Origin: an uncultured Gemmatimonadaceae bacterium
GTDB taxonomy: Bacteria; Gemmatimonadota; Gemmatimonadetes; Gemmatimonadales; Gemmatimonadaceae
DNA length: 64,000 nucleotides
NCBI GenBank assembly: GCA_963817955.1
Contig: CAWFQK010000004.1
Coordinates: 1,344,001-1,408,000, forward strand
Direction: 5' to 3'
The notes below the pieces were generated by a model that was not told where the DNA came from, did no database searches, and saw nothing but the letters and a program-made list of their open reading frames with translations. A program made the translations under genes and the position numbers. How positions within the stretch are numbered: position 1 is the stretch's first letter; the number at the start of each line of letters is the position of its first letter. Positions 10,512 through 20,420 of the stretch are shown here, in pieces.

Positions 10512-12995
10512 ATGCTCCGGTCGGTCCTTCGCGCCGCCCTTCCCGCGCTTGCCATTGCCGCCTGTCGCCAGCCAACGCCGCAGGCGATCCGCGCCGGCGA
10601 CTCCTTGTTCACCGCGCTTCAGCCGCGTCTTCCAACCGGCGTGAAGCTCGATCCGGCGGCGCCACTCGCCACCATCGGTCCCATGCCGCTCACCGCCAGG
10701 CTTGCCCCAGAGGGCGACCGAGTGGTGTTGTCGCTCAGCGGCTATCGCGAACAAGGGGTGCAGGTGGTGGACGCAGCCACCGGACGCGTGTTGCAGGATC
10801 TTCCGCAGGCGTCGGCGTTCGTCGGTCTCGCTTTTTCGCCAGACGGCCACGCGCTGTACTCCTCTGGCGGTAACGGGGATGTCGTGTATCGCTATGACTG
10901 GCGAAACGGACGCGGTACGCTGCGCGACAGCCTCGTGCTCGCATCCAAGACGCCGAAGGCCAACGGCACGCGTTATCCCGCAGGCATCGCGTTGTCACCC
11001 GATGGGCGCTGGCTCTATGTGGCCGAAAATCTGGCTGACTCGCTGGCGGTGATGGACGTGGCGAGCGGGCGTGTGGTCGCTCGATTTGCGACGGAACGGT
11101 ATCCCTACGACGTCGTCGTCGATACGGGCGGCACCGTATACGTCTCGGCGTGGGGCGGCTATACGGTATCGATCTTCACGTCCGCCCCAGAGGGGCTACG
11201 CCCGGCTGGAAGCCTCTCCGTGGCGCGCCATCCGTCAGCCCTCGCGCTGAATCGTGACGGTTCGCGGCTGTTCGTCGCATCGGGGAGCACGGATCACGTT
11301 GCCGTCGTGGACACAAAGCGCCGGCGCGTCATCGCACGGCTGCTCGATCCGCCACCGGCCGGCCCAACGGAAGGCGCAACGCCGAACGGTCTGGCCCTGT
11401 CCGCCGACGGCACGCGCCTGTTCGTGGCCGAGGCCGACGCGAACGCGGTAGCCGTGTTCGATCTCTCGCCGGGCACGGCAAACATTACGACGGCAACTGG
11501 TACGGATCGATTGAGCGGTCGCATTCCAGCCGGCTGGTATACCTCCGCGGTGTTGCCCGTCGGCGACGCGCTCCTCGTGGCGAGTGGCAAGGGACGCGGC
11601 ACCATCGCAAACCCAAAGGGACCGCGGCCGGCGACATCGCTGCTCAACCAGGGTCGCGGCGACTACTACACGTTGAACCTGGTGGACGGTGGTCTGATGC
11701 GCGTGCCTCTCGCCGCAACGAGCGGCGAGGCGCTGACGCGCTTCTCGGCGCGCGTGTCGGCGGCGAACGGCTGGAACGACGCGTCGCGCCTGCACCGCTA
11801 TCCGCCGTTCGAGCACGTGGTCTACATCATCAAGGAGAACCGCAGCTACGACCAGATGCTCGGCGACATGCGCCAGGGCGACGGCGACACATCGCTCGTG
11901 TTCTTTCCCCGTCCGAACACGCCAAACCATCACGCGCTCGCCGAGCGCTTCGGGCTCTTCGATCGATTCTTCGTCAACGCCGAAGTCAGTCCGGACGGAC
12001 ACAACTGGTCGACTGCCGCGTACGCAACCGATTATCTGGAAAAGACGGTGCCGTCCAACTACTCCGGCCGCGGGCGTAGCTATGACTACGAGGGCACGAA
12101 CCGGGGCAACGGCATGTCGGCCATTCCCGAGGATGACGCCGCCGAACCGGCCAACGGGTATCTCTGGAACCTGGCCGAGAAGAAGGGGCTAACCTACCGG
12201 AACTATGGCGAATTCGTCGTCCCGGCGCGGCGCGGCGCCGCCGATGGCCTGCCCGCGGGCTATCGCGGCGACAAGCCATTCCTGTTCGCTAATACCAATC
12301 CTGCATACCCGGGGTTCGATCTGGCGATCACGGATCAGCATCGGGCGGACATCTGGATCGCCGAGTTGCAGGAATATGCCCGGCGCGGCGCCATGCCGGC
12401 GCTGGAGACGGTACGCCTGCCCAATGACCATACCTCCGGCGCCCAGGCCGACCGGCCCACGCCGCGCGCCGCCGTGGCAGACAATGATCTCGCGCTCGGG
12501 CGCATGGTCGAGGCGCTGTCGAAGTCGCCGTTCTGGAAGAACACCGTGGTGTTCGTACTCGAGGACGATGCGCAGAACGGTCCCGACCACGTCGATTCGC
12601 ATCGATCGCCGATGTTCGTCGTCTCGGCGTACAACCGTCCCGGCGCCATTCATCGTTTCGTGAACACCACGGATGTCTTGCGCACCATCGAGGAGATCCT
12701 CGGTCTGCCGTCGATGTCGCAGTTCGACTACTATGGACGCCCGTTGCGTGACATCTGGTCGAATGAGCCGGACCTGCGACCCTATGCGCTCCTCACGCCG
12801 GCGGTGCCACTCGACGAACTGAATCCCCGCGGCACGCGCGGCGCACATGAGTCGGCCCGTCTCGACCTGAGCATCGAGGACGCGGCCGACGAGTCGCTGT
12901 TCAACCACATTCTGTGGCGCGAGATCAAGGGGAATGGCGTGCCGTACCCAGGACCGCGGCGCGCATCGGCCCGGGAGCTTCGCATCGAGCCGTAG
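10512..12995 (+). CDS. YncE/YVTN beta-propeller fused to a phosphoesterase domain; lipoprotein
   Basis: Lipobox AAC; propeller repeats; YIIKENRSYDQ, LPNDHT, EDDAQNGPDHVDSHRS motifs. Confidence 0.85.
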   Translation: MLRSVLRAALPALAIAACRQPTPQAIRAGDSLFTALQPRLPTGVKLDPAAPLATIGPMPLTARLAPEGDRVVLSLSGYREQGVQVVDAATGRVLQDLPQASAFVGLAFSPDGHALYSSGGNGDVVYRYDWRNGRGTLRDSLVLASKTPKANGTRYPAGIALSPDGRWLYVAENLADSLAVMDVASGRVVARFATERYPYDVVVDTGGTVYVSAWGGYTVSIFTSAPEGLRPAGSLSVARHPSALALNRDGSRLFVASGSTDHVAVVDTKRRRVIARLLDPPPAGPTEGATPNGLALSADGTRLFVAEADANAVAVFDLSPGTANITTATGTDRLSGRIPAGWYTSAVLPVGDALLVASGKGRGTIANPKGPRPATSLLNQGRGDYYTLNLVDGGLMRVPLAATSGEALTRFSARVSAANGWNDASRLHRYPPFEHVVYIIKENRSYDQMLGDMRQGDGDTSLVFFPRPNTPNHHALAERFGLFDRFFVNAEVSPDGHNWSTAAYATDYLEKTVPSNYSGRGRSYDYEGTNRGNGMSAIPEDDAAEPANGYLWNLAEKKGLTYRNYGEFVVPARRGAADGLPAGYRGDKPFLFANTNPAYPGFDLAITDQHRADIWIAELQEYARRGAMPALETVRLPNDHTSGAQADRPTPRAAVADNDLALGRMVEALSKSPFWKNTVVFVLEDDAQNGPDHVDSHRSPMFVVSAYNRPGAIHRFVNTTDVLRTIEEILGLPSMSQFDYYGRPLRDIWSNEPDLRPYALLTPAVPLDELNPRGTRGAHESARLDLSIEDAADESLFNHILWREIKGNGVPYPGPRRASARELRIEP

Positions 12996-13052
12996 GCGGT
13001 CAGAATCTGTTGCCGCGGACGGCGGACAAGCTGTTTCCCGCAGACGGTGCAA

Positions 13053-13306
13053 CAGCTTTTGAACGCAGAGGACGCAGAGAACTACAAGAGGTCGCAGAGA
13101 ACTGCAAGAGAACTGCAAGAGAACTGCAGAGGAACACCGCGTAGTCGCATCCGGATGTCTTGGATGATGCCGTCGTGACGCTCGGAGTCGCGAAACTGGG
13201 GGATGGGATTATCCGAATGGTGAATCGCCTCCAGTGTTCCCCCCTTCAGTTCTCTTTGCAGTTCTCTGCAGTTCTCTTGCAGTTCTCTGCGACCTCTGCG
13301 TTAAAA
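13053..13306. repeat. Stand-alone inner module of the composite repeat (inverted GCAGAGAACT arms plus diverged core)
   Basis: CAGCTTTTGAACGCAGAGGACGCAGAGAACT ... AGTTCTCTGCGACCTCTGCGTTAAAA; core shares TTGGATGATGCCGTCGTGA. Confidence 0.75.
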
Positions 13307-13459
13307 AAACAAGCCGTCCCGCCCCCGACCCCCTGCAATGCGGTAAACAAACAAGCCGAGACGCCCGAGATCACCCACACCGACCCCCCATAAACAACAA
13401 ATCCGGGCTCGACTCGAGCCCGGATCACCAACGTTCATTCCACGGTCGTGGATCGCTCG

Positions 13460-13681
13460 TCAGGTCTTGTGGCGGAAGATGATACGTCCGCGCGTCAGAT
13501 CGTACGGAGACACTTCGATCGTCACCCGATCGCCCTGAAGGACGCGGATGCGGAAGCGTCGCATGTTGCCGCCGAGTGTCGCGAGCACCGTGTGCCCATT
13601 GGTCAACTGAACCCGGAAGGTTGCATTCGGCAGCACCTCGGTAACGGATCCTTCGAGCTGTATCGGTTCTTCCTTGGCCAT
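13460..13681 (-). CDS. infA: Translation initiation factor IF-1
   Basis: [22 protein letters not shown]...[17 protein letters not shown]. Confidence 0.97.
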   Translation of the reverse strand: MAKEEPIQLEGSVTEVLPNATFRVQLTNGHTVLATLGGNMRRFRIRVLQGDRVTIEVSPYDLTRGRIIFRHKT

Positions 13682-13787
13682 GAATACTCGGGGAAAGGGG
13701 ACGAGAACCTACGAAGTATATGCCCTACGGGCGCCGGGAGCAAAACATGGCCTTCCTGGCATCTGCGATTGCACATCCACAAATGAC

Positions 13788-13826
13788 AAAAGACCGAGGC
13801 TCGGACGACGCCGGCCTCGGTCCTTC
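13788..13826 (-). terminator. Probable intrinsic terminator
   Basis: Stem GACCGAGGC/GCCTCGGTC followed by a U-tract on the minus strand, just after the 13846 stop. Confidence 0.55.
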
Positions 13827-13845
13827 TGCGGTCTCGCCAACCGAA

Positions 13846-14337
13846 TTACGGCTTCTTCGTCTTATCGACGTTGTTGCCAATCACCCCGCCGAGGATTCCG
13901 CCGACGGCCGCGCCAATGACTCCACCTTTCACCTTGTTGTGGCTCGTCGTCGCGCCTATGACGGCACCGGCCACAGCCCCGATCTCGGCGTCACGCTTCG
14001 TATGCTTGACCACCGTTTCACGGCTCGTCGTGGTGGTCCCAACGGTCGATCCCGCGCTGCTGCCGGTGCGCGATCGGCTGCTCGAACGTCTCCTGTGGGG
14101 CACTGGCCGGGCCGACGATGAGTGAGACGCTGCCGTATCCGCGGTGCCGTTCAGCGCGTTGGGCGCGGCGGCGCGTTCCGCGGCCGACATGCTGTCCAGC
14201 GGTTGATAGGACCGCTGCTGGGCCGCGAGCGAAAGATCGGTGTTCAACGACGTATCCGCCGAGCGACTGCTCGTTCGGCTGCACGCGGCGCTTGCTGCCA
14301 TCAATGCAAGCGCGGTCGCGGAGATTATGCGGTTCAT
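13846..14337 (-). CDS. Glycine-zipper lipoprotein
   Basis: Lipobox SAAC; C-terminal IGAVAGAVIGA..GGVIGAAVGGILGGVIG. Confidence 0.75.
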   Translation of the reverse strand: MNRIISATALALMAASAACSRTSSRSADTSLNTDLSLAAQQRSYQPLDSMSAAERAAAPNALNGTADTAASHSSSARPVPHRRRSSSRSRTGSSAGSTVGTTTTSRETVVKHTKRDAEIGAVAGAVIGATTSHNKVKGGVIGAAVGGILGGVIGNNVDKTKKP

Positions 14338-14461
14338 GTGCGCCTCCCGGCTCAAAAGCGTACTCCGCACCTATCAAAGGCAGGGCCCGTGCCATATCGC
14401 CGATCTCAGGCACAGCGTCGTGCGGCCGCACTCAGGCGCACGGGCAATTAGATTCTCTCTG

Positions 14462-14545
14462 CGACCGGGGTGCCTGCCCACTGAGGGTGCAGGCTGAGAG
14501 AGACCCGTAGAACCTGATCCGGTTCATACCGGCGTAGGGAGTCGG
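14462..14545 (+). promoter_or_regulatory. TPP riboswitch
   Basis: GGGGTGC...GCTGAGAG.GACCC.TAGAACCTGATCCGGTTCATACCGGCGTAGGGA matches the TPP aptamer consensus. Confidence 0.93.
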
Positions 14546-14549
14546 AAAA

Positions 14550-16643
14550 ATGCTTTGTTCAGTCTCGCCGGCGGTGCGTCGCCGCGCCCGGAGCGTCGCG
14601 CTCGCGACGTCCGCACTCGTCATCCTCACATCCGTCACACAGGCCCAGGTCGCGTCAAAGGACAGCGCGCGAGCTGATTCCAGTCGCGCCCAGCGATTGG
14701 AGCGCGTGATGATCTCCGCGGTCCGCGGATCCGGTACCGCGCCAATTTCGCAGAAGACGATCACGGCGGCAGATATCAAGCCGCGGTATTTCGGACAGGA
14801 CGTTCCGCTCCTGCTGCAGGGCGCGGCCCCATCGCTCACGTCATACGCCGAAACAGGCAATTATTGGGGTTATAGCTACATCCGTCTGCGTGGCATCGAC
14901 CAATCGCGCATCAACCTCACGCTGGATGGGATTCCGCTGAACGACCCGGAAGACCAGGTCCTCTACTTCGCGGACTTTCCCGACCTCGCCAACAGCCTTG
15001 GGTCGGTGCAGATCCAGCGCGGCGTGGGAACGACGAGCAACGGTACCGCGTCATACGCCGGCTCGATCAACATGGAGACGATCCCGCTGGCGGCAACGGC
15101 ACGCGGCGGTGAGGCGCAATTCGAAAGCGGTTCGTTCGGCTCCAGGCGGGTGAGCGCCGAATACACGACGGGACTCCTCCCGAGCCGGTTCGCCGCGTAC
15201 GCACGCCTCTCGGCGCTGCACACCGACGGCTATCGCTATCACTCCGGCGTGGAGGGACGCTCGGCGTTCCTCAGCGCCGGGTATTTCGGTGACCGCGACA
15301 TCGTGAAGTTCACGACGACGACTGGCACCATGCAGGACACGATGGCGTACCTCGCGGTGGCGGCGTCGGACCTCGCGACGGATCGGCGCATCAACCCCCT
15401 CACGCCACGGGAGCGTGACGGGTTCACCGAGCGGCTGGCCGCGCTGTCGTACGTCCGGTTACTCTCGCCGTCGTCATCCTGGTCCACGACGGCGTATCGC
15501 ATCTCGTCGAGCGGCGACTATGACGTGCTCGTCGACTCGCTCGACAACTTCAATCTGAAGTTCGTCTGGTACGGCATCACGAGCGACTGGAACTACCGTC
15601 ACGACGGTGTTCAACTCGACGTGGGCGTGAACGCAAACACCTACGCGCGCGATCATGCAGCGTACCAGCAGCCCGACATCACGGATCCCCTGTACGTCAA
15701 CACGGGCCACAAGCAGGACGCCAGCCAGTTCGCCAAGCTGGCGTATACCGCCGGCGCCGCCACGCTGTTCGGCGACGTACAGACGCGCCAAGCCGAGTTC
15801 CGCTACACGCCCGATGCCCACGCGGGAATCCCCGAGCGATCCATCACGTGGACGTTTCTCAATCCGAAGGCCGGCATCACGTACGTACTCAGTGCCCCGC
15901 TGTCGCTCTATGCGTCCTACGGCAAGAACACGCGCGAGCCGGCGCGTAGCGACATGTTCGCCGGCTTTGATAATCTCGATACGTCGAATGTGGCGTTCGT
16001 CGGGGATCTCAGCCGCGTGAAGCCGGAGACAGTGCACGATCTGGAGACCGGCCTCACCTACCGCGGCACGGCGTTCGACGCGCAAGCGAACGTGTACTCG
16101 ATGGACTTCCGTAACGAGATCGCTCCGGTCGGAGCACTCAGTTACATCGGCACGCCCCTGCGAAAGAATGTTGCATCGAGCTATCGCCGCGGTGTCGAGG
16201 TGGACATCACCTATCGCGGCATTCCCCGTCTTCTCCTGTCGGGGAACGCTACGGGGAGCACGAATCGCATCCGGCAGTACACCGACTCGAGCGGGGACAC
16301 CGTCGCCACATACCACAATGCGCAGCCACTGCTCACGCCCCGTTTTCAGACATTCGCCCGCGGGGCTTTCACTGCCACGCGCGCACTGACGCTGGCGCTC
16401 GAATCTCGCTATCAGAGCCGCTCCTTTCTCCAGAACACGAGCGACCCGCAGTACGTGCTGCCGGCCGCGTTCAATCTCGACGGCAGCGTGTCGTGGCGCG
16501 TGGACCGTTACGAGTTGCTCGTCCGCGGAAACAATCTCACGAACAGCAAACGGTACGGCAGCGGCTACGGTTACGGCGGAATCTCGTACTATTATGTCGT
16601 GCCGCCGCGGAATGTATTTGTCACGGCGAAGGTGGACTGGTAG
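14550..16643 (+). CDS. TonB-dependent receptor, probably for thiamine
   Basis: Plug motifs IRLRGID.SRIN.TLDGIPLND and VQIQRG; C-terminal W; directly after the TPP riboswitch. Confidence 0.88.
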   Translation: MLCSVSPAVRRRARSVALATSALVILTSVTQAQVASKDSARADSSRAQRLERVMISAVRGSGTAPISQKTITAADIKPRYFGQDVPLLLQGAAPSLTSYAETGNYWGYSYIRLRGIDQSRINLTLDGIPLNDPEDQVLYFADFPDLANSLGSVQIQRGVGTTSNGTASYAGSINMETIPLAATARGGEAQFESGSFGSRRVSAEYTTGLLPSRFAAYARLSALHTDGYRYHSGVEGRSAFLSAGYFGDRDIVKFTTTTGTMQDTMAYLAVAASDLATDRRINPLTPRERDGFTERLAALSYVRLLSPSSSWSTTAYRISSSGDYDVLVDSLDNFNLKFVWYGITSDWNYRHDGVQLDVGVNANTYARDHAAYQQPDITDPLYVNTGHKQDASQFAKLAYTAGAATLFGDVQTRQAEFRYTPDAHAGIPERSITWTFLNPKAGITYVLSAPLSLYASYGKNTREPARSDMFAGFDNLDTSNVAFVGDLSRVKPETVHDLETGLTYRGTAFDAQANVYSMDFRNEIAPVGALSYIGTPLRKNVASSYRRGVEVDITYRGIPRLLLSGNATGSTNRIRQYTDSSGDTVATYHNAQPLLTPRFQTFARGAFTATRALTLALESRYQSRSFLQNTSDPQYVLPAAFNLDGSVSWRVDRYELLVRGNNLTNSKRYGSGYGYGGISYYYVVPPRNVFVTAKVDW

Positions 16644-16697
16644 ACTGGTACACATCCTGCCGCGAGAACGGCGCACCCTTTTTTGATCGGAGTAACC

Positions 16698-17105
16698 ATG
16701 GCCACCAGCGACCGTCGTGACAGCACCGAAACCCAACAAGAGATTTCGGACGAGCAGCAGCACGATGAGATGCAGGAATGCATCGAGGAGTGTCTGAACT
16801 GCCATGCCGTGAGCACCATCACGCTGCAGCACTGTATTGCGAGTGGCGGGGGCGAGCTCACGGAGGTGAACCTCGTCGGCATCCTGCTGGATTGCGCGGA
16901 AATTTGTCAGACGAGCGCCAACTTCATGCTCCGCGGATCGCCATATCACGTCATCACTTGCGCCTCGTGCGCTGAGCTGTGTCGTGCCTGCGAAGAGGCA
17001 TGTCGAACCGTGGCGGGAGACGAACAGCTCGCACACTGCGGCGATGTGTGCGCTGCCTGCGCGGAGGCCTGCGACCGCATGGCTCAGATGGGAAGCGAAG
17101 AGTAG
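16698..17105 (+). CDS. Cys-rich four-helix bundle copper storage protein (DUF326/Csp3-like)
   Basis: Repeated CxxxCxxC; LLDCAEICQTSANFM. Confidence 0.85.
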   Translation: MATSDRRDSTETQQEISDEQQHDEMQECIEECLNCHAVSTITLQHCIASGGGELTEVNLVGILLDCAEICQTSANFMLRGSPYHVITCASCAELCRACEEACRTVAGDEQLAHCGDVCAACAEACDRMAQMGSEE

Positions 17106-17125
17106 TACTCGGTGTACAACTCAGT

Positions 17126-17641
17126 GTGAGAGTCCGCATCCGAGCTCTGCTGTGCCCCGTGATTGGCTGTCTTGCGCTTGCGCCTGTGCCCGTGCATGCT
17201 GCGCGGGCGCAATGGTCGCGCCTGTTGCGGGGGAATGAGCCACTGACTCCATTCAGCGTCGCCGAGTTCAGCAAGCTCCGTTGGCTCGAGGGTTCGTGGC
17301 AGGCCGTGGCCCCCGGCGAAGCGCCGCTCTTCGAGCGCTACCATTTCGTGAGCGATTCCGCCATCGAGATCACCTACTTCAGGGACTCGACGCTCTCACG
17401 GCCTACGGGCACGGGGCGCATGTACCTCACGGTCGGGCGGATCTACTTCACATTCGGTCCCAACCGCTGGGGTGCCACGAACGTTGACGGTCGCGGGGCG
17501 TACTTCGTTCCCCAGCTGAACGCACACAATTCGTTCGAGTGGAGCGTTGAGTCGCCCGACGCTTGGACGTCGACGCTCCGAACCGGGATCAGCGGGCGCG
17601 AGCGTGTCACGGTCTTCCGAATGACCCGCATCAAGCACTAG
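17126..17641 (+). CDS. Hypothetical exported protein
   Basis: Signal-like N-terminus, LRWLEGSW; start uncertain. Confidence 0.55.
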   Translation: MRVRIRALLCPVIGCLALAPVPVHAARAQWSRLLRGNEPLTPFSVAEFSKLRWLEGSWQAVAPGEAPLFERYHFVSDSAIEITYFRDSTLSRPTGTGRMYLTVGRIYFTFGPNRWGATNVDGRGAYFVPQLNAHNSFEWSVESPDAWTSTLRTGISGRERVTVFRMTRIKH

Positions 17642-17702
17642 GCTCGGATCCCGCGTTCGCGAGACGCCCACCAAGGCGCTTCTCTTGCACTACTCGGAGT
17701 CG

Positions 17703-18584
17703 ATGTCCGAGCGTGCCTCCCCCACCGTCGTCGCGAACGAATCGCTGGTCGTCGAGCGCCGCCAGGCGGCGGACCGGCGCACCGAACCCGCCCCGGAGCG
17801 CCGGGGGTTGCAGAACAGCCCCTGGATGCGCTGGGTCGGGGCGGCCGGGCGCGATCTCCTGGTGATCGTGATCACGGTGAGCGCGATCGTTTTTTCTGTC
17901 CGGAGAATCCATCCGATCTTCGCCAACCAGCCGACACTGGCTGCCCGGCTCACCAAGGCGTTGCCGGTGGCACAGGCCGCTCTCCCCGCGTCACCAGCCG
18001 ACACGTCAAGAGTGGCAAAGCTCATCGCGTCGCCGCAATTTGCGCGCGACCGCGCCGCATTCGCGGCCGATCTCGTGAAGACCGGCCGCATGTCACAGGT
18101 GCGCGCCGACTCGATTTCGTTCTACGCGGTGCGCGAGGCGTATCTCAACGGCGTTCCCCCCGCAGTGGTGTTCGGGGTGATGCTCACCGAGAACGCGCTG
18201 TTCGTGAGCGGCGCCATGTCGAACGTCGGCGCGGTCGGCCTCATGCAGGTCTACCCAAAGGTGTGGCTCAAGGCGCTGAGCGCGAAGTTCGGGAAAGACC
18301 TGGCGAGCGATTCGACGAATTTGAAGTACGGCATCTTCATCCTCAGCCACTACATCAAATCCGACTCGGGCAAGGTGACGGCGCGCGACGTGAGCACGGG
18401 GCTGCTGCATTACAACGGGTGCGTGCGCGGCACGAACACGCCCAACTGTCGCACGTATCCAAACAAGGTGAAGACCTTCGTGGAGCGTCAGGGCAATGCG
18501 ATCTGCGGCGATAAGAGTTTCTATGATTGCATCGCCAAGCCGTTCATCACGGGATTGTTCGGCGGGTCTGCGCGGACGAAGTGA
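17703..18584 (+). CDS. Lytic transglycosylase SLT-domain protein
   Basis: TM anchor; MLTEN, S.VGAVGLMQV, NLKYG, YNG motifs. Confidence 0.82.
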   Translation: MSERASPTVVANESLVVERRQAADRRTEPAPERRGLQNSPWMRWVGAAGRDLLVIVITVSAIVFSVRRIHPIFANQPTLAARLTKALPVAQAALPASPADTSRVAKLIASPQFARDRAAFAADLVKTGRMSQVRADSISFYAVREAYLNGVPPAVVFGVMLTENALFVSGAMSNVGAVGLMQVYPKVWLKALSAKFGKDLASDSTNLKYGIFILSHYIKSDSGKVTARDVSTGLLHYNGCVRGTNTPNCRTYPNKVKTFVERQGNAICGDKSFYDCIAKPFITGLFGGSARTK

Positions 18585-18626
18585 GACACGGGACACGAGA
18601 CACGACAGGGAGCGGACGGAGCATCC

Positions 18627-18941
18627 CTATCGCGCACTCCGTGTCCGTCGCTTGGTCACCCGGGCCGGTTTCGGGGCTTCGCCCGCGTCGAGCTTCGCGC
18701 ATAGGCCGGCCATCGAGTCTTCCCTGACCACGCCACGGCCGGTGCGAGCATCATCCATGGCGCGCACGGTGGTGGCGTTGGGCACGCGAAGATCGAACGG
18801 CAGACCGCGCTGCTGAACGATCTGCTGGTAGAAGAGCGTGATGGCGGTGGTAGCCGTCAAACCGAGTTGCTCCAGCAGCGCCTCGGCGCGGTCCTTCAGG
18901 TCTGGGGTTATGCGCGCACGGATCATGGCGCTCTTGGACAT
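18627..18941 (-). CDS. RelB/DinJ family antitoxin (orphan)
   Basis: IRARI...LK..AE.LL..LGL....AI.LF..QIV...GLPFDL.VPN.TT..AM; no adjacent toxin ORF recognised. Confidence 0.85.
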   Translation of the reverse strand: MSKSAMIRARITPDLKDRAEALLEQLGLTATTAITLFYQQIVQQRGLPFDLRVPNATTVRAMDDARTGRGVVREDSMAGLCAKLDAGEAPKPARVTKRRTRSAR

Positions 18942-19081
18942 CGCATCCTCAGCAAATGAGACAGGATGCAATGTATCTCATATGGGGCACAGATGCAATT
19001 TTCGCGACCCAGAGGTGATCTCGCAACGTAGCCGGAGCGGCGCGCCGGCCGCCGTGCATCGGCGGGCGCTGATTCACATCG

Positions 19082-19597
19082 TCAGGTCTTCGCCTTGTCC
19101 TTCTGGAACGGCACCTTCAGCTTCGTGCTGAGCCTGGTGAGGTCGTTGTCGCTCACCCGACGTCCGCTGGCGAGGAAGAGCGGGTTGAGCACGGCCTGGA
19201 CGTCCTTGCTCCACTTCATCTTGTCGACGCCGCCCGCTCGTCCGCGGTCGATCACGGCCTTGAGGGAAGCCTGTTCAGCGGGCGTCGTGAAGACAAGCGT
19301 GTGCGAGGTGCCGTTGACCACGAACACCGCGCCGCGTTTGCCGTCGACCTGGAGCAGCGTGCCCGGACTCATGGGCACACCCGCGAAGAAACAGATCACG
19401 CCATCAGGCAGGGGCTGGAAGGCATTTCACCCCAGGTCGTTATTCGTGCCCATCGTGACGCAATGCCCCGGCGCGTCGCAGAGCACGACGTCGGCCAGTG
19501 CCCGGCGCGGCGCCAGCGCGAGCGCGGCAACGGCGAGGGTGACCGCCAAGCCGATGTGAATGAAGCGGGCGAAAACGCGATTCGTGTGACCTGCCAT
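19082..19597 (-). pseudogene. Secreted hypothetical protein interrupted by one in-frame TGA (19427-19429)
   Basis: GGAG RBS and signal peptide ending ALA; the frame continues past the TGA into the 19082..19399 ORF. Confidence 0.6.
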
Positions 19598-19801
19598 GCG
19601 TACACTCCGTGGTGAGACGGACTGGGTGAGTCGAGCGCCCCGCCGACAGGTGAGCCCTACAATGACGGAGCGGTTTCCCTGACAGTCGTATGGGGGTGTG
19701 CCGCTACATTCGCGGCACTTCCGCAATTGACCCGCGGGCAAACGTCGGTCGTTGCGGGGTGGTGCGCCTGACCGCAACGCCGCTCCTGGAGACGAACGGT
19801 C

Positions 19802-20322
19802 ATGGCCCCTGACATTGCCGAGTCCGGCCCACGCGGGATCATTGCTCGCCTGAACGAGCAGCAAGCCCCCAGTTGTCCGCGCTGCGCCGCAGGATCGGCA
19901 CTGCCGAGATGCAGTCGACGTTGCGAGCGGTCGCCGACTTTTATGCCGCGGTCACTGCCGCACCCGGCGCCGGAGACATTCGCGCCGCCGGCGCACGTGC
20001 GTTCGTGACGCTCCTCCGCGAGCATCCCGCATTCGCTACTGGCGCGCCGCCGGTCGTCGCCCTGCCGGTGCATGGCGGGGCCGCGGATCCGGTGAGCCAG
20101 GACTACCGCACGGACGCGGCCGAGATACTGGTGATGGGCGCGGCGGCGCTTCGCTTCACCGGCGACGCCGGGGTCGGCGACGACGTCAGCACCTTGCAGC
20201 ACGTCGCTGTGGGAGCCGGCGCCTTCAACGCAACCCTGCGTGACATCCTGCGGGTCACACGGTGCGCGACGCCATCATCTGGCGCGTGCCGACGGTCGAA
20301 CTCGAAGTACGTGTCGACCTGA
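19802..20322 (+). pseudogene. Hypothetical protein, possibly frameshifted
   Basis: RBS and ATG at 19802; protein-like sequence continues in another frame from about 19873. Confidence 0.3.
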
Positions 20323-20420
20323 GCGAGGTGTTCGCGGGGCTCGAGGAGTGTCAGCGAGATCCGCGCTGAGCCAACGGCTGCGGGCTGCTGAAGAGTGCTG
20401 CGCGGCTCGCCCGACCATCA

